DNA of 64,000 nucleotides from Candidatus Omnitrophota bacterium (GTDB taxonomy: Bacteria > Omnitrophota > Gorgyraeia > Pluralincolimonadales > Pluralincolimonadaceae), in NCBI GenBank assembly GCA_041653595.1, contig JBAZFB010000001.1:68467-132466 (forward strand), in the 5' to 3' direction. This document shows, piece by piece, positions 1 through 8,859 of this stretch. The translations under genes were made by a program, and so were the position numbers. The notes beneath the pieces are model-generated. The model saw only the letters and a list, made by a program, of their open reading frames with translations. It did not search any database and was not told the origin of the DNA. Each line of letters opens with the position of its first letter. Position 1 is the stretch's first letter.

Positions 1-1022
1 AGCTTCTTGTTTTTGTTGTGTCTTTCGAGGGCGACTTCAAGTATCCTGTTCATCAGGTCCGGATAATTGAGTCCGGCGCATTTCGCTATATAAGGGAAAT
101 TAGAATCTACCGGGTCCAGCCCCGGCAGCGGGTTCACTTCCAGGACATACGGGACGCCTTCTTTCCCGAGCATTATATCGACGCGGGAAAGGTCGACACA
201 GCCTATGGCGCGGAACGCCTTGAGGGCGGTCTCTTTTACCGTCTTAGCCTCGGCCGCGCTCAAACGCGCCGGGCAATGCCAGTTCGGGGTCAATCCCTTA
301 CTCTCCTCCACTTCCTTCTCGAACTCCTTGACCTTCCATGTATAAAAAAATTCGCCCGAGGCCTTGCAGTTCGAGAAATCTATCTCGAGTATCGGCATCG
401 CGGCGGCCGGATAATTGCCGAGTATACCGACGGTCAGCTCTTTACCGTCGATGAATTCCTCGACGAGCGTCTCCTGTTGGTAGACGCGCGCGGTCCTCTC
501 GACCTCGCGGATGAGCTCTGTCTTATTCCGGACGACGCTGGCCATAGTTATTCCCTTGCCCGAGCCCTCGCTGTTAGGTTTCGCTATAAGCGGATACTTA
601 AGCCCTTCATCGGAGGCGGACGCCGGATCCGTCACAAGCCTGTATTTCGGCGTCGGTATCCCCGCCTGCTCGAAAAGTTTTTTCGTAAGCGTCTTGTTCA
701 GCGAGACGCTTAAAGCCATGACTCCCGAACCCGTATACGGGATCCCGAGAAAATCGAGTATCGCCGGCACCTGCGATTCCCTCGATTCGCCGTTAAGCCC
801 TTCGGCTATATTGAATACCATGTCTACTTTATTGTTCTGGAACCAGTTCAGCAGCCCCTTGTCCGCCTCGACCAGGAATACTTCATTGCCGCCGGAACGA
901 AGTCCGCTTGCTATCGCCTCGATCGTCTCCTTGCTGTCAAATTCAGAATAATAATCATCGGGAAGGCCGGTATTGCCGGTCTTCCTCTTCAGGTTATATG
1001 TAAGGGCTACCTTAAGTCCCAT
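1..1022 (-). CDS. D-alanine--D-alanine ligase family ATP-grasp protein; second tandem paralog, C-terminal end runs past the window start
   Basis: Manual reverse translation gives MGLKVALTYNLKRK...IAKPNSEGSGKGI...LEVNPLPGLD...ALERHNKNKK. The Ddl-type E-V-N-x-x-P-G motif and ATP-grasp lysine loop are present. ATG is at rc 1020-1022, 1 nt after the stop of the next ddl gene. Not in the ORF track because no stop lies inside the window. Confidence 0.7.
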   Translation of the reverse strand, partial: MGLKVALTYNLKRKTGNTGLPDDYYSEFDSKETIEAIASGLRSGGNEVFLVEADKGLLNWFQNNKVDMVFNIAEGLNGESRESQVPAILDFLGIPYTGSGVMALSVSLNKTLTKKLFEQAGIPTPKYRLVTDPASASDEGLKYPLIAKPNSEGSGKGITMASVVRNKTELIREVERTARVYQQETLVEEFIDGKELTVGILGNYPAAAMPILEIDFSNCKASGEFFYTWKVKEFEKEVEESKGLTPNWHCPARLSAAEAKTVKETALKAFRAIGCVDLSRVDIMLGKEGVPYVLEVNPLPGLDPVDSNFPYIAKCAGLNYPDLMNRILEVALERHNKNKK

Positions 1023-1023
1023 C

Positions 1024-2070
1024 TTATCTCATCCCGTACCTTTCCAGCGCGTGATCGAGTATCCTGTTTATTATGTTGTTGTATGATATCTTCATGTTCC
1101 TCGCCACTGTCATGAAGACATCCTCGGTAGAGAGCGACGGCAGCGGGTTGATCTCGAGCACGAACGGGTTGCCGTTCTTGTCCACCCTTATATCTACCCT
1201 GCCGAAATCGCGGCATTCTACCGCCTTATAGGCCTTTAAAGCCACGGCCTTAAGCTTCTTGTCGAGGTCCCGGGTGATCTTTGCCGGGCATACATAGCTT
1301 AACGTGTCCGACTTTATCCTCGAGAAGGTGTAGCAGAGGTCGCCTAGGTTTGTCTTGCCGTCTATGCTGATCTGGACCGTCGGCAGCACCTCGGGGTTTT
1401 CGGTCCCTATGATAGGTACGGTGAATTCCGAGCCGGTAATAAATTTTTCGACGAGTGCCGGCTGTTTATAAGTCCGTATTACCCAACCCGCGCGCCTTTT
1501 GAGCTCGCGGACGTTCTTTACGATAGACTTATCGCTTATCCCCTTGCTCGAGCCTTCCTGCTTCGGCTTGACTATCAGGGGATAACCGATCCCAACGCCG
1601 TCTATATTCCTTATATCGGAGACCTCAAAGAACGCGGGCGTAGGCACACCTTCGGAGATGAGGATCTTCTTTGCCATTATCTTGTCGAGCGTCAGGCCCA
1701 GCGTAAGCCCGTCGCCCCCGACGAACGGGATTCCGGCCATCTCCAATATCACGGGCACCTCGGATTCTCTGTTCCGCCCGGTTATGCCCTCGGCTATATT
1801 AAAGACGATGTCGACATCGAGCTTTTTCAACCGGAGAAGGAGGTTGCGGACGTTACCGATCTTCACGACCTTATGGCCGCCGGATTCTATTGCGTCCTTT
1901 ATGACTTCGATGGTATCGGGATGGTCAAACTCGGCATTGGCGTCTTCCGGATCGCCTTTCTTCAATACATAGTCGGGCTTGACGTCGTAGGTCAGCCCCA
2001 CTATTTTACCCCGCGCCTTTGAGGTGCGGGGCTTGTGCCCCATTCCGCGTTTCACCGCAACATTTGCCAT
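1024..2070 (-). CDS. ddl: D-alanine--D-alanine ligase (Ddl family, ATP-grasp)
   Basis: 348 aa. Motifs KPKQEGSSKGI and LEINPLPSLS; ATP-grasp architecture and size typical of Ddl. Confidence 0.8.
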   Translation of the reverse strand: MANVAVKRGMGHKPRTSKARGKIVGLTYDVKPDYVLKKGDPEDANAEFDHPDTIEVIKDAIESGGHKVVKIGNVRNLLLRLKKLDVDIVFNIAEGITGRNRESEVPVILEMAGIPFVGGDGLTLGLTLDKIMAKKILISEGVPTPAFFEVSDIRNIDGVGIGYPLIVKPKQEGSSKGISDKSIVKNVRELKRRAGWVIRTYKQPALVEKFITGSEFTVPIIGTENPEVLPTVQISIDGKTNLGDLCYTFSRIKSDTLSYVCPAKITRDLDKKLKAVALKAYKAVECRDFGRVDIRVDKNGNPFVLEINPLPSLSTEDVFMTVARNMKISYNNIINRILDHALERYGMR

Positions 2071-2089
2071 AATTTATCTTCCCGGGGTA

Positions 2090-2132
2090 CAAAAAAAGAA
2101 GGGACTTCCCCGTTTAGAAGTCCCTTCTTTTA
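2090..2132 (-). terminator. Rho-independent terminator hairpin flanked by A/T tracts on both sides (bidirectional)
   Basis: AGAAGGGACTTC-cccgttta-GAAGTCCCTTCT is a perfect 12-bp stem. It has A7 upstream and T4A5 downstream on the plus strand, so the minus-strand transcript ends in U7. It lies just downstream of the membrane-protein gene. Confidence 0.6.
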
Positions 2133-2179
2133 AAAACCTAGTTGAAATTATCCAACTTTTACTGCTCGTTCCTCCGGAA

Positions 2180-2863
2180 TTATCTTTTCTTCCATTTGTC
2201 GACAATTTCCGACGTTATCTTGCCGGCAATATCCTTCGAGCCGAGGCCGAACGCCAGGCCCAAAGCTAATCCGGTCGCCGCCAATGCCACCACTACCACG
2301 GTGTCCAATATGAATGTCCTGACACCGAGCATCGGGAGGACCGTAAGTACCGTTATTACTATGATTATTATCTGCGCTATCGATCCGAGGTTCTTCGAAG
2401 TCGCTATCCCGGCGTTCGATGCCGTTGTCCTTACAATCGAACCTATCAAAGCGGCAAAGAAAAGACCCAGTACCAGAACGAAGATCGAAAGTACTACCCT
2501 ACCGGCGTATTCAACCGCCTGATCGAGGAAACCGGACGTCTTGAGGCCCACTACGTTCAGTGTTATGATCACAAACACCAGAACCAGCAGCCAATAGATC
2601 ACCATACCGATCAACTCTGACAGGGTATGTTTGATCTCGCCTTTGGCGAGTATGCTCGCGATACCTGCCTTTTCAGATAAGACATCAAAGCGGGCGACCT
2701 TAAGTACCTGAACAACAGCCTTCTCGACGATCTTCGTGATGATCAGGAAGATAACGAGAAGTATCAATCCGCCTACGAGAAGTATCAGGTAATTCGCCAA
2801 ATTCGACCATACCTGGCTCCAGGTGGTGACGATCAAATTCAATGTCGTCTGCCCTTGACCCAT
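2180..2863 (-). CDS. Multi-pass membrane protein with conserved TM-helix repeats (mechanosensitive-channel-like)
   Basis: Highly hydrophobic. The likely start is the internal MGQGQ codon at 2863, preceded by AGGAGG. The ORF-track start at 2944 lacks an RBS. Confidence 0.5.
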   Translation of the reverse strand: MGQGQTTLNLIVTTWSQVWSNLANYLILLVGGLILLVIFLIITKIVEKAVVQVLKVARFDVLSEKAGIASILAKGEIKHTLSELIGMVIYWLLVLVFVIITLNVVGLKTSGFLDQAVEYAGRVVLSIFVLVLGLFFAALIGSIVRTTASNAGIATSKNLGSIAQIIIIVITVLTVLPMLGVRTFILDTVVVVALAATGLALGLAFGLGSKDIAGKITSEIVDKWKKR

Positions 2864-3022
2864 CTTACCCCTCCTTTCAGGTTTTAATTCCCTAAAATGA
2901 TTCCCTGTTTGATTTAATATTAACATAAAGAAAATAATTGTCAAGCACTTTTTCCAGGTTTAGCAATAAATTTCTATTCCGCGGCCGCGGCATTATGATA
3001 TAATCATAAAAATTAAACGGAG

Positions 3023-3589
3023 ATGAAGATGAAAAGACTTTTTGATCTCAAAGCGTGGATTTTAGTTTCTATTATCCTGATTTTCTGCAATATCGCGGCT
3101 TTTGCGGCCGGTAACAAGAAGGTTGCGCAGCTTTTGGGGCAGGCGACACAGTTTTTAAGCGCCGGCGACTACGATAAGGCGATAAAAACATGCGATGACA
3201 TCCTCGGAGTGGACCGGAATTGCCCGGCCGCCTATTATCTCCGCGGATTCGCCAACCGTTACAAGAAGGAATACGTGATCGCTATCGTGGATTTCACGCG
3301 CGCGGTGCAGCTCAACCCTAAATATGCGGCCGCCTATTACGGCCGCGCGCTCTCATACGCATATACGGGGGATTACGGTAACGCGCTGGCGGACCTTGAC
3401 GCGGCGATCGCCATAGATCCCCGTTATACCGACGCGTATATAAACCGCGCGAGGGTCTATTATGAGATAGACGAATACGACAAGGCGTGGGACGACGTGC
3501 ATAAGGCGGAATCCCTCGGCGTATCCGAGGACATACTATACAAGAGCTTCATCAAGAAGCTGAAGGAAGTTTCGGGAAGGAACCGATAG
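3023..3589 (+). CDS. Secreted/lipoprotein TPR-repeat protein
   Basis: N-terminal signal peptide (ILVSIILIFCNIAAFA). Repeated AYYxRGxAY TPR motifs. The alternative start at 3029 has better SD spacing. Confidence 0.7.
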   Translation: MKMKRLFDLKAWILVSIILIFCNIAAFAAGNKKVAQLLGQATQFLSAGDYDKAIKTCDDILGVDRNCPAAYYLRGFANRYKKEYVIAIVDFTRAVQLNPKYAAAYYGRALSYAYTGDYGNALADLDAAIAIDPRYTDAYINRARVYYEIDEYDKAWDDVHKAESLGVSEDILYKSFIKKLKEVSGRNR

Positions 3590-3620
3590 CGGCGGGCGGG
3601 ATCCAAGCCCGTCTTTTTTA
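3590..3620 (+). terminator. Putative terminator of the TPR gene
   Basis: GC stem GCGGGC..GCCCGTC followed by TTTTTTAC. Confidence 0.45.
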
Positions 3621-3623
3621 CTT

Positions 3624-3896
3624 TTAGGTCTTTTTCCTGTTGGGGAATAACACCAGTATAACAAACCCGAAGATGCTTAAAAGCCCGAGTAATCCCCAGG
3701 CGCCTTTGTAGCCTTTGCCTTTCGCGTAATTCCACAGGCCCCATATCAGCAGCAGGAATCCGCCGTAGATAAGGATAGCCGCGCACCAGAGGACTATCCC
3801 GATATGGACATAATAACTTGCCAAAAACCCGATTATCTGCGCCAGTATCCCGAACCCAACTCCGATATTCGTCTTTGTCCTGTACTCCCCTATCAT
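3624..3896 (-). CDS. Small hydrophobic membrane protein
   Basis: 90 aa with 3 predicted TM segments. Start overlaps the ogg stop by 4 nt. Confidence 0.4.
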   Translation of the reverse strand: MIGEYRTKTNIGVGFGILAQIIGFLASYYVHIGIVLWCAAILIYGGFLLLIWGLWNYAKGKGYKGAWGLLGLLSIFGFVILVLFPNRKKT

Positions 3897-4735
3897 GCTT
3901 TCCCCCTCCCGTGCCTTAAATAATGATATAAGTATTCCTGCGCGTATCCGGCGTAGGCGCCGAAACGTTCCCGCGCGAACTCCGCGGCTTTCTTAGGCGC
4001 CACGGTCTTCCCGTCAAAATATAACTCCTCGATGCCCCTCTTTATCCACACATCTACCGGAAAGGCCTCGTATTTCTTGAACGAAAAGAGCAAGACACAA
4101 TCCGCGACCTTCCCGCCCACGCCCTTAAGCGACATCAGCCTTTCCTTCGCTTCCGTATAGTTTAAATCCTCGAGCGCATCCAAGTCAAACTTTTTCGAGG
4201 CGACCTTCTGCGCGGTATCCTTTATATACGCGGCCCTGAAACCGAGCCCCAATCCCTTGAGGGCTTTTATATCGGCCCCGGCGATACGCGCGGCCGGAGG
4301 AAAGGAATAAGCTTCCGTCCCGCCAAAGGCGAGCCTCTTGCCGAACCTTTTCGAAAGGCCTGCTATCATCTTTTTTATGCGCGGGATATTGGTATACGAT
4401 GAAAGGATGAACGAGGCGAGGCACTCCCACCGGTCCTGGTTCAATATCCTGAGGCCGCGGTATTTCTTTATGGCCTTTTTGATGTGCGGGTCTGCGCCTA
4501 TTTCCTTATATATGCGCGGCAGGTCCTCATTGAGCCCGAAATAATCGGCTATCTTATCCCTGTCTACGGGGGAACCGGCCTCTATGGCGAGAGCGCGGCC
4601 GTCAAACGCGACCTTGACAAGCGCTTTGCCTATCACGCCGGCGTAAAAATCACCGGACCTCTCCCACCGGAACGCCTGGCCGCATTCCAACGTATGTTCG
4701 AGGTTAAAATCAGAGACGGGTAAGCTTAATCTCAT
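3893..4735 (-). CDS. ogg: 8-oxoguanine DNA glycosylase/AP lyase (HhH-GPD, Ogg family)
   Basis: N-terminal ECGQAFRW motif characteristic of Ogg. HhH-GPD region ([15 protein letters not shown]...D). Confidence 0.8.
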   Translation of the reverse strand: MRLSLPVSDFNLEHTLECGQAFRWERSGDFYAGVIGKALVKVAFDGRALAIEAGSPVDRDKIADYFGLNEDLPRIYKEIGADPHIKKAIKKYRGLRILNQDRWECLASFILSSYTNIPRIKKMIAGLSKRFGKRLAFGGTEAYSFPPAARIAGADIKALKGLGLGFRAAYIKDTAQKVASKKFDLDALEDLNYTEAKERLMSLKGVGGKVADCVLLFSFKKYEAFPVDVWIKRGIEELYFDGKTVAPKKAAEFARERFGAYAGYAQEYLYHYLRHGRGKA

Positions 4736-5286
4736 TTTACTTTAGGAAGGACTATCCCCTGTTGCGCCTGGTATTTTCCTTTTCTGTCCCTGTATGTGAC
4801 TTCCGGCGCTTCGTCGCATTCGTAAAAGAGGAGCTGCGCGATGCCTTCTTCGGAATAGATCTTTGCGGGATGCGGCGTCGTATTGCTTACCGCCATGGTG
4901 AGGTAACCCTCCCAGGTCGGTTCGAGCGGGCTGATATTCACGATCACCCCGCAGCGGCAGTATGTGGACTTGCCGAAGCAGATGGCGATCACCCTCTCCG
5001 GCATCTTGAAGTATTCCAGCGAACGCGCGAGGACGAACGAGTTCGGCGGGATAATGCACTCTTTTCCCTTAAAGTCGACGAAAGAGTGCGGGTCGATATG
5101 CTTGGGGTCTATTACGGGATTTCCCGTGCCGACGAATACCTTGAATTCGTCATGGACCCTTATGTCGTAACCGAAGCTCGAGAGGCCGTAACTGATATGG
5201 CCCTCTGAGACCTGGTGGTCGATAAAAGGTTCGATCATCCCGGCCTCGAGGACCATCTTTTTGATCCAGCGATCAGGTTTTATCAT
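4732..5286 (-). CDS. dcd: dCTP deaminase
   Basis: 184 aa; dUTPase-like fold sequence (MIKPDRWI..., [16 protein letters not shown]) typical of Dcd. Confidence 0.85.
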   Translation of the reverse strand: MIKPDRWIKKMVLEAGMIEPFIDHQVSEGHISYGLSSFGYDIRVHDEFKVFVGTGNPVIDPKHIDPHSFVDFKGKECIIPPNSFVLARSLEYFKMPERVIAICFGKSTYCRCGVIVNISPLEPTWEGYLTMAVSNTTPHPAKIYSEEGIAQLLFYECDEAPEVTYRDRKGKYQAQQGIVLPKVK

Positions 5287-7656
5287 TTAGCCGCACTTGG
5301 AATAGCCGCACGCCTTGCAGACCATGCAGCCTTCGACGTGCTGGAGCGCGCCGCCGCAATCCGGGCAGACACCTACGACGTTGCCGAGCTTGTTCTTCCC
5401 CTTCGCTTCGCTCAGGACTCCGCCCTTCACTTCGCTCAGGACACCGGCTTTCGCGGAAGGCAACTCTTCGGCCCTTACTTCAGGCGCGGACTGCGGAGCC
5501 GCGGCGACGTCCTGCGCTTTCTTGTTCAGCAGCCGTCTTTCTATGACCTTTGCCAAGGCATCGGCGCAGGAGAATATCCTGCCGCCCTTCTCCCACGACG
5601 GGTTTGGGCACCTGATGCCGTTGAGCTGCTCTATTATTGAATGGGTATCGAGGCCGCAGCGCAGCGCGAGCGATACGAGCCTGCCGATGGCTTCGAGTTG
5701 GCTCGAGGCGCATCCGCCGGCCTTGCCCATCTGCGTGAATACCTCGAACGGCATCCCGTTCTCGTCCTCATTTATCGTGATATAGAGGTTGCCGCAGCCC
5801 GTGAGTATCTTCGTGGTCGTGCCCCTTGTGACCTCGGGCCTCGGGCGGGGTGATGTGCGCGCCTTATCTTCGGCCTTCGCTGCCGGGGCCTCGTTCCCTT
5901 CGGCGTTCTCCGCGTCCGGTTTCTCTTTAGTGCGGGCGATATAAAGGACCTGCTCTTCGCGGCTGCCGTCGCGGTATATGGTCACGCCCTTGCATCCCAT
6001 CTTATAAGCCAACAGGTATACCTCGTGCACATTGTCCGGCGTCGCGTTATGCGGGAAGTTGACCGTCTTCGAAACGGCGTTATCCGTATACTTCTGGAAA
6101 GCTGCCTGCATCCTGATATGCCAGATCGGCGTTATGTCGTGCGCCGTGACGAATACCCTCTTTATGTCGTCGGGGACCTCCTCTACGTCATGGAGCGTCC
6201 CTTTCTCGGCGATCTTCTGCATCAGCTCTTCGGAATAGAAACCGCGTTCCTTCGCGACGCCCTCGAATAACCTGTTGACCTCGACCAGTTTCGTCTTGTC
6301 CATCACCTCGCGGTAATAGGATATGGCGAAAACCGGTTCGATGCCGCTCGAGGTGTCGGCGAGTATGGAGAGCGTCCCGGTCGGGGCGATAGTGGTCAGC
6401 GTCGCGTTCCTCAGGCTCGGCCCGTCGGAATAAACGGAGCTCGAGAAGTTCGGGAACGGCCCGCGCCTTAACGCGAGCGCGTGCGCTTCCCTCCTCGATT
6501 CTTCCTGGATGAACGACATCACCTTCTCGGCCAATTCTATCGCTTCGTCGGAATTATAAGGGACCCCAAGCTTTATGAGCATCTCGGCGAATCCCATGAC
6601 GCCGAGGCCGATCTTCCGGTTGGCCTTGGTCATCGTCTCGATCTGCGGGAGCGGGAACTTGTTCATATCGATCACGTTATCGAGGAAATGGATCGCGAGT
6701 TTCGTCGTCCGGCGCAGCTTCTCCCAGTCGAGCTGGGGAGAGGAGGCATCCATGTCCACCATCTTAGAAAGGTTTATCGAGCCGAGGTTGCAGCTCTCAT
6801 AGGGGAGCAAGGGCTGCTCGCCGCACGGGTTCGTCGATTCGATCGCGCCGATCTTCGGCGTCGGGTTCGACTTGTTTATCCTGTCGATGAATATTATTCC
6901 CGGCTCGCCGTTCTTCCAGGCCCTCTTGACTATCATGTCGAATACTTCGCGGGCCTTCAGGTGCCCGAAGACTTTCTTGTTGTGCGGGGCGATGAGGTCG
7001 TATTCCTCGTCGCGCTCGACCCTCTTCATGAACTCTTCGGTGATCGCGACCGAGATGTTGAAATTCGTTATGTCCTTGTCCGTCTCTTTGCATTTTATGA
7101 AATCGAGGACATCCGGATGGTCGATGCGCAGTATGCCCATGTTCGCGCCGCGGCGTGTGCCGCCTTGTTTTACGGCGTGGGTGGCAGCGTCGAATACTTT
7201 CATGAAGGATACCGGGCCGCTCGCGATGCCGCCGGTCGTCTTTACCATCGAGTTGGCCGGGCGCAGCCTAGAGAAAGAGAACCCGGTGCCGCCGCCGGAA
7301 CGATGGATGAGCGCCGTGTTCTTTATCGCCTCGAATATCGATTCCATGGAATCTTCCACCGGCAGGACGAAACACGCCGACAGCTGCTGCAGCTCGCGTC
7401 CGGCGTTCATCAGGGTCGGTGAATTAGGCAGGAAGTCCAGGTTGTATATTATAGAGTAAAACTCATCCTCAAGCTTTGCCACATTATAATCTGGATCATA
7501 ATATGAGTCCGCTGAAGCTATGTTATGCGCTACGCGCCTGAAGAGCTCCTCCGGGGTCTCTATGACGCGGCCTTCCGAGTCCTTCCTGAGATAACGTTTT
7601 TCCAGGACTTTTTTGGAATTGGCTGATAAACCATTCTTGATACCTGTATCCCCCAT
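5287..7656 (-). CDS. nrdJ: Ribonucleoside-diphosphate reductase, class II (adenosylcobalamin-dependent) NrdJ
   Basis: NPCGEQPL active-site motif and C-terminal CPDCGG..CMVCKACG zinc ribbon. Probable start MGDTG at 7656 with AGGAGG-8nt-ATG. The ORF-track start at 7692 is an upstream extension. Confidence 0.9.
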   Translation of the reverse strand: MGDTGIKNGLSANSKKVLEKRYLRKDSEGRVIETPEELFRRVAHNIASADSYYDPDYNVAKLEDEFYSIIYNLDFLPNSPTLMNAGRELQQLSACFVLPVEDSMESIFEAIKNTALIHRSGGGTGFSFSRLRPANSMVKTTGGIASGPVSFMKVFDAATHAVKQGGTRRGANMGILRIDHPDVLDFIKCKETDKDITNFNISVAITEEFMKRVERDEEYDLIAPHNKKVFGHLKAREVFDMIVKRAWKNGEPGIIFIDRINKSNPTPKIGAIESTNPCGEQPLLPYESCNLGSINLSKMVDMDASSPQLDWEKLRRTTKLAIHFLDNVIDMNKFPLPQIETMTKANRKIGLGVMGFAEMLIKLGVPYNSDEAIELAEKVMSFIQEESRREAHALALRRGPFPNFSSSVYSDGPSLRNATLTTIAPTGTLSILADTSSGIEPVFAISYYREVMDKTKLVEVNRLFEGVAKERGFYSEELMQKIAEKGTLHDVEEVPDDIKRVFVTAHDITPIWHIRMQAAFQKYTDNAVSKTVNFPHNATPDNVHEVYLLAYKMGCKGVTIYRDGSREEQVLYIARTKEKPDAENAEGNEAPAAKAEDKARTSPRPRPEVTRGTTTKILTGCGNLYITINEDENGMPFEVFTQMGKAGGCASSQLEAIGRLVSLALRCGLDTHSIIEQLNGIRCPNPSWEKGGRIFSCADALAKVIERRLLNKKAQDVAAAPQSAPEVRAEELPSAKAGVLSEVKGGVLSEAKGKNKLGNVVGVCPDCGGALQHVEGCMVCKACGYSKCG

Positions 7657-7681
7657 AACCACGCCCTCCTTTCCAACCGCC

Positions 7682-7733
7682 AGTATAGTCAACCGCTAGT
7701 ATCGTGTCAAGGAAAAAATACTACATATTGTGT
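7682..7733 (-). promoter_or_regulatory. sigma70-like promoter of nrdJ with an NrdR-box-like palindrome immediately upstream
   Basis: Minus strand reads TTGACA-17nt-TATACT (rc of 7705-7710 and 7682-7687). ACACAATATGTAGT (rc of 7720-7733) resembles the NrdR box consensus acaCwAtATaTwGtgt. Confidence 0.45.
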
Positions 7734-7749
7734 TTCCCGTCGGCAAAAA

Positions 7750-7784
7750 CCCCCTATTTTGTGTTTTCCACGTTATTTAGGGGG
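7750..7784 (-). terminator. Hairpin with a U-tract on the minus strand, ending a ~230 nt transcribed element between gpmA and nrdJ
   Basis: CCCCCTA-21nt loop-TAGGGGG is a perfect 7-bp stem, followed on the minus strand by TTTTTG. Confidence 0.45.
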
Positions 7785-8025
7785 CTTTTGCTTCTACTTG
7801 CCCTTTTTGCGAAAAGAACTTCGCCCTTTTAGGGTAGGTTACTTCTTGGGTTTCTTTTTTCCGCAACCGCATGATCCGCACATTGCATTCTCTCCTCTGG
7901 TTCGCTTCGCTCACCATCCCTCGAACTATCCCGAACGCTGCCGAGGGATTTTTAGCCCTTACGTGTCCGGCTATAATTATACCATCTTTTTTCAATTCCG
8001 CAATAATATCTTTTCAGCGGCGCTT

Positions 8026-8775
8026 CTACTTTTTGGCTTTGCCCTGATTGGCGACGGCTTCCATCGCCTTCTTGACTTCTTCCGGGTCGCCGAGATAATA
8101 ATGCTTTATCGGTTTCAGGTTATTGTCGAGTTCGTAGACAAGAGGCAGGCCTGTGGGTATATTAAGCCCGACGATATCCTGGTCCGATACGTTATCGAGG
8201 TATTTTACGAGCGCCCTTAAAGAGTTGCCGTGCGCGGCGATAATGACGTGTTTGCCGCTCTTTACTGCCGGCGCCATAGTCTCGTGCCAATAAGGAAGGA
8301 AGCGCGCGACCGTATCCTTGAGGCACTCGGTCAGCGGTATCTCGCTCGGTTTCAAATCTTTGTAGCGCGGGTCTTTCGCCGGGCTGCGGGGGTCATTTTT
8401 TTCTAATGCCGGCGGCGGCGTGTCGTAACTCCTGCGCCATACTAAAACCTGCTCTTCGCCGAACTTCGCGGCCATCTCGGATTTATTGAGGCCTTGTAGC
8501 GCGCCGTAATGCCTCTCGTTTAAGCGCCATGAATTATATACGGGTATCCACATCAAGTCCATCCCGTCGAGGGTTATCCAGAGCGTCCTTATCGCCCTCT
8601 TGAGGACCGACGTGAACGCGACGTCGAATACGAAACCTTCCTTCTTTAACACCTCGCCTGCCTTCTTCGCCTCGGCGAGGCCTTTCTCGGAGAGGTCGAC
8701 ATCTGTCCAGCCGGTGAACCGGTTCTCCTTATTCCAAGTACTCTCGCCGTGACGAAGTAATACAACTTTATACAT
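8026..8775 (-). CDS. gpmA: 2,3-bisphosphoglycerate-dependent phosphoglycerate mutase
   Basis: [10 protein letters not shown] phosphohistidine motif. 249 aa, full-length dPGM. RBS AAGGAG is 7 nt upstream. Confidence 0.9.
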   Translation of the reverse strand: MYKVVLLRHGESTWNKENRFTGWTDVDLSEKGLAEAKKAGEVLKKEGFVFDVAFTSVLKRAIRTLWITLDGMDLMWIPVYNSWRLNERHYGALQGLNKSEMAAKFGEEQVLVWRRSYDTPPPALEKNDPRSPAKDPRYKDLKPSEIPLTECLKDTVARFLPYWHETMAPAVKSGKHVIIAAHGNSLRALVKYLDNVSDQDIVGLNIPTGLPLVYELDNNLKPIKHYYLGDPEEVKKAMEAVANQGKAKK

Positions 8776-8859
8776 TTTGATCTCCTTTATTAAGCGGTAT
8801 CCCGCGGTGACCCGGAGTGCTAATCCGCGGGATGGTAATTACATCTGTAAGCGGTACCA

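Noticed and set aside
18-713. 231-aa plus-strand ORF at the window start
   Set aside because: It is antisense to a well-supported ddl-family gene and has low-complexity Arg-rich translation.
6481-7422. 313-aa plus-strand ORF, and several others such as 9844-10578, 12500-13150, 19345-20499, 23724-24500, 45084-45671, 52965-53732, 55815-56345, 59757-60347, 61740-62585
   Set aside because: All lie antisense inside strongly supported minus-strand genes. Translations are Arg/Pro/Leu-rich with no recognisable domains, typical GC-rich antisense artefacts.
7762-7779. Second NrdR box about 33 bp from the first
   Set aside because: The match to the consensus is weak and it lies in the loop of the terminator hairpin.
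7797-8025. Possible cobalamin riboswitch upstream of the B12-dependent nrdJ
   Set aside because: No B12-box (GCCACTG-like) or other aptamer hallmarks were seen. Class II RNR is not a usual B12-riboswitch target.
8776-8859. tRNA-like appearance of the gpmA–helicase intergenic hairpin (ATCCCGCGG...CCGCGGGAT)
   Set aside because: No T-loop (GTTCGAnTC), D-loop or acceptor/CCA features are present; it is a simple hairpin.
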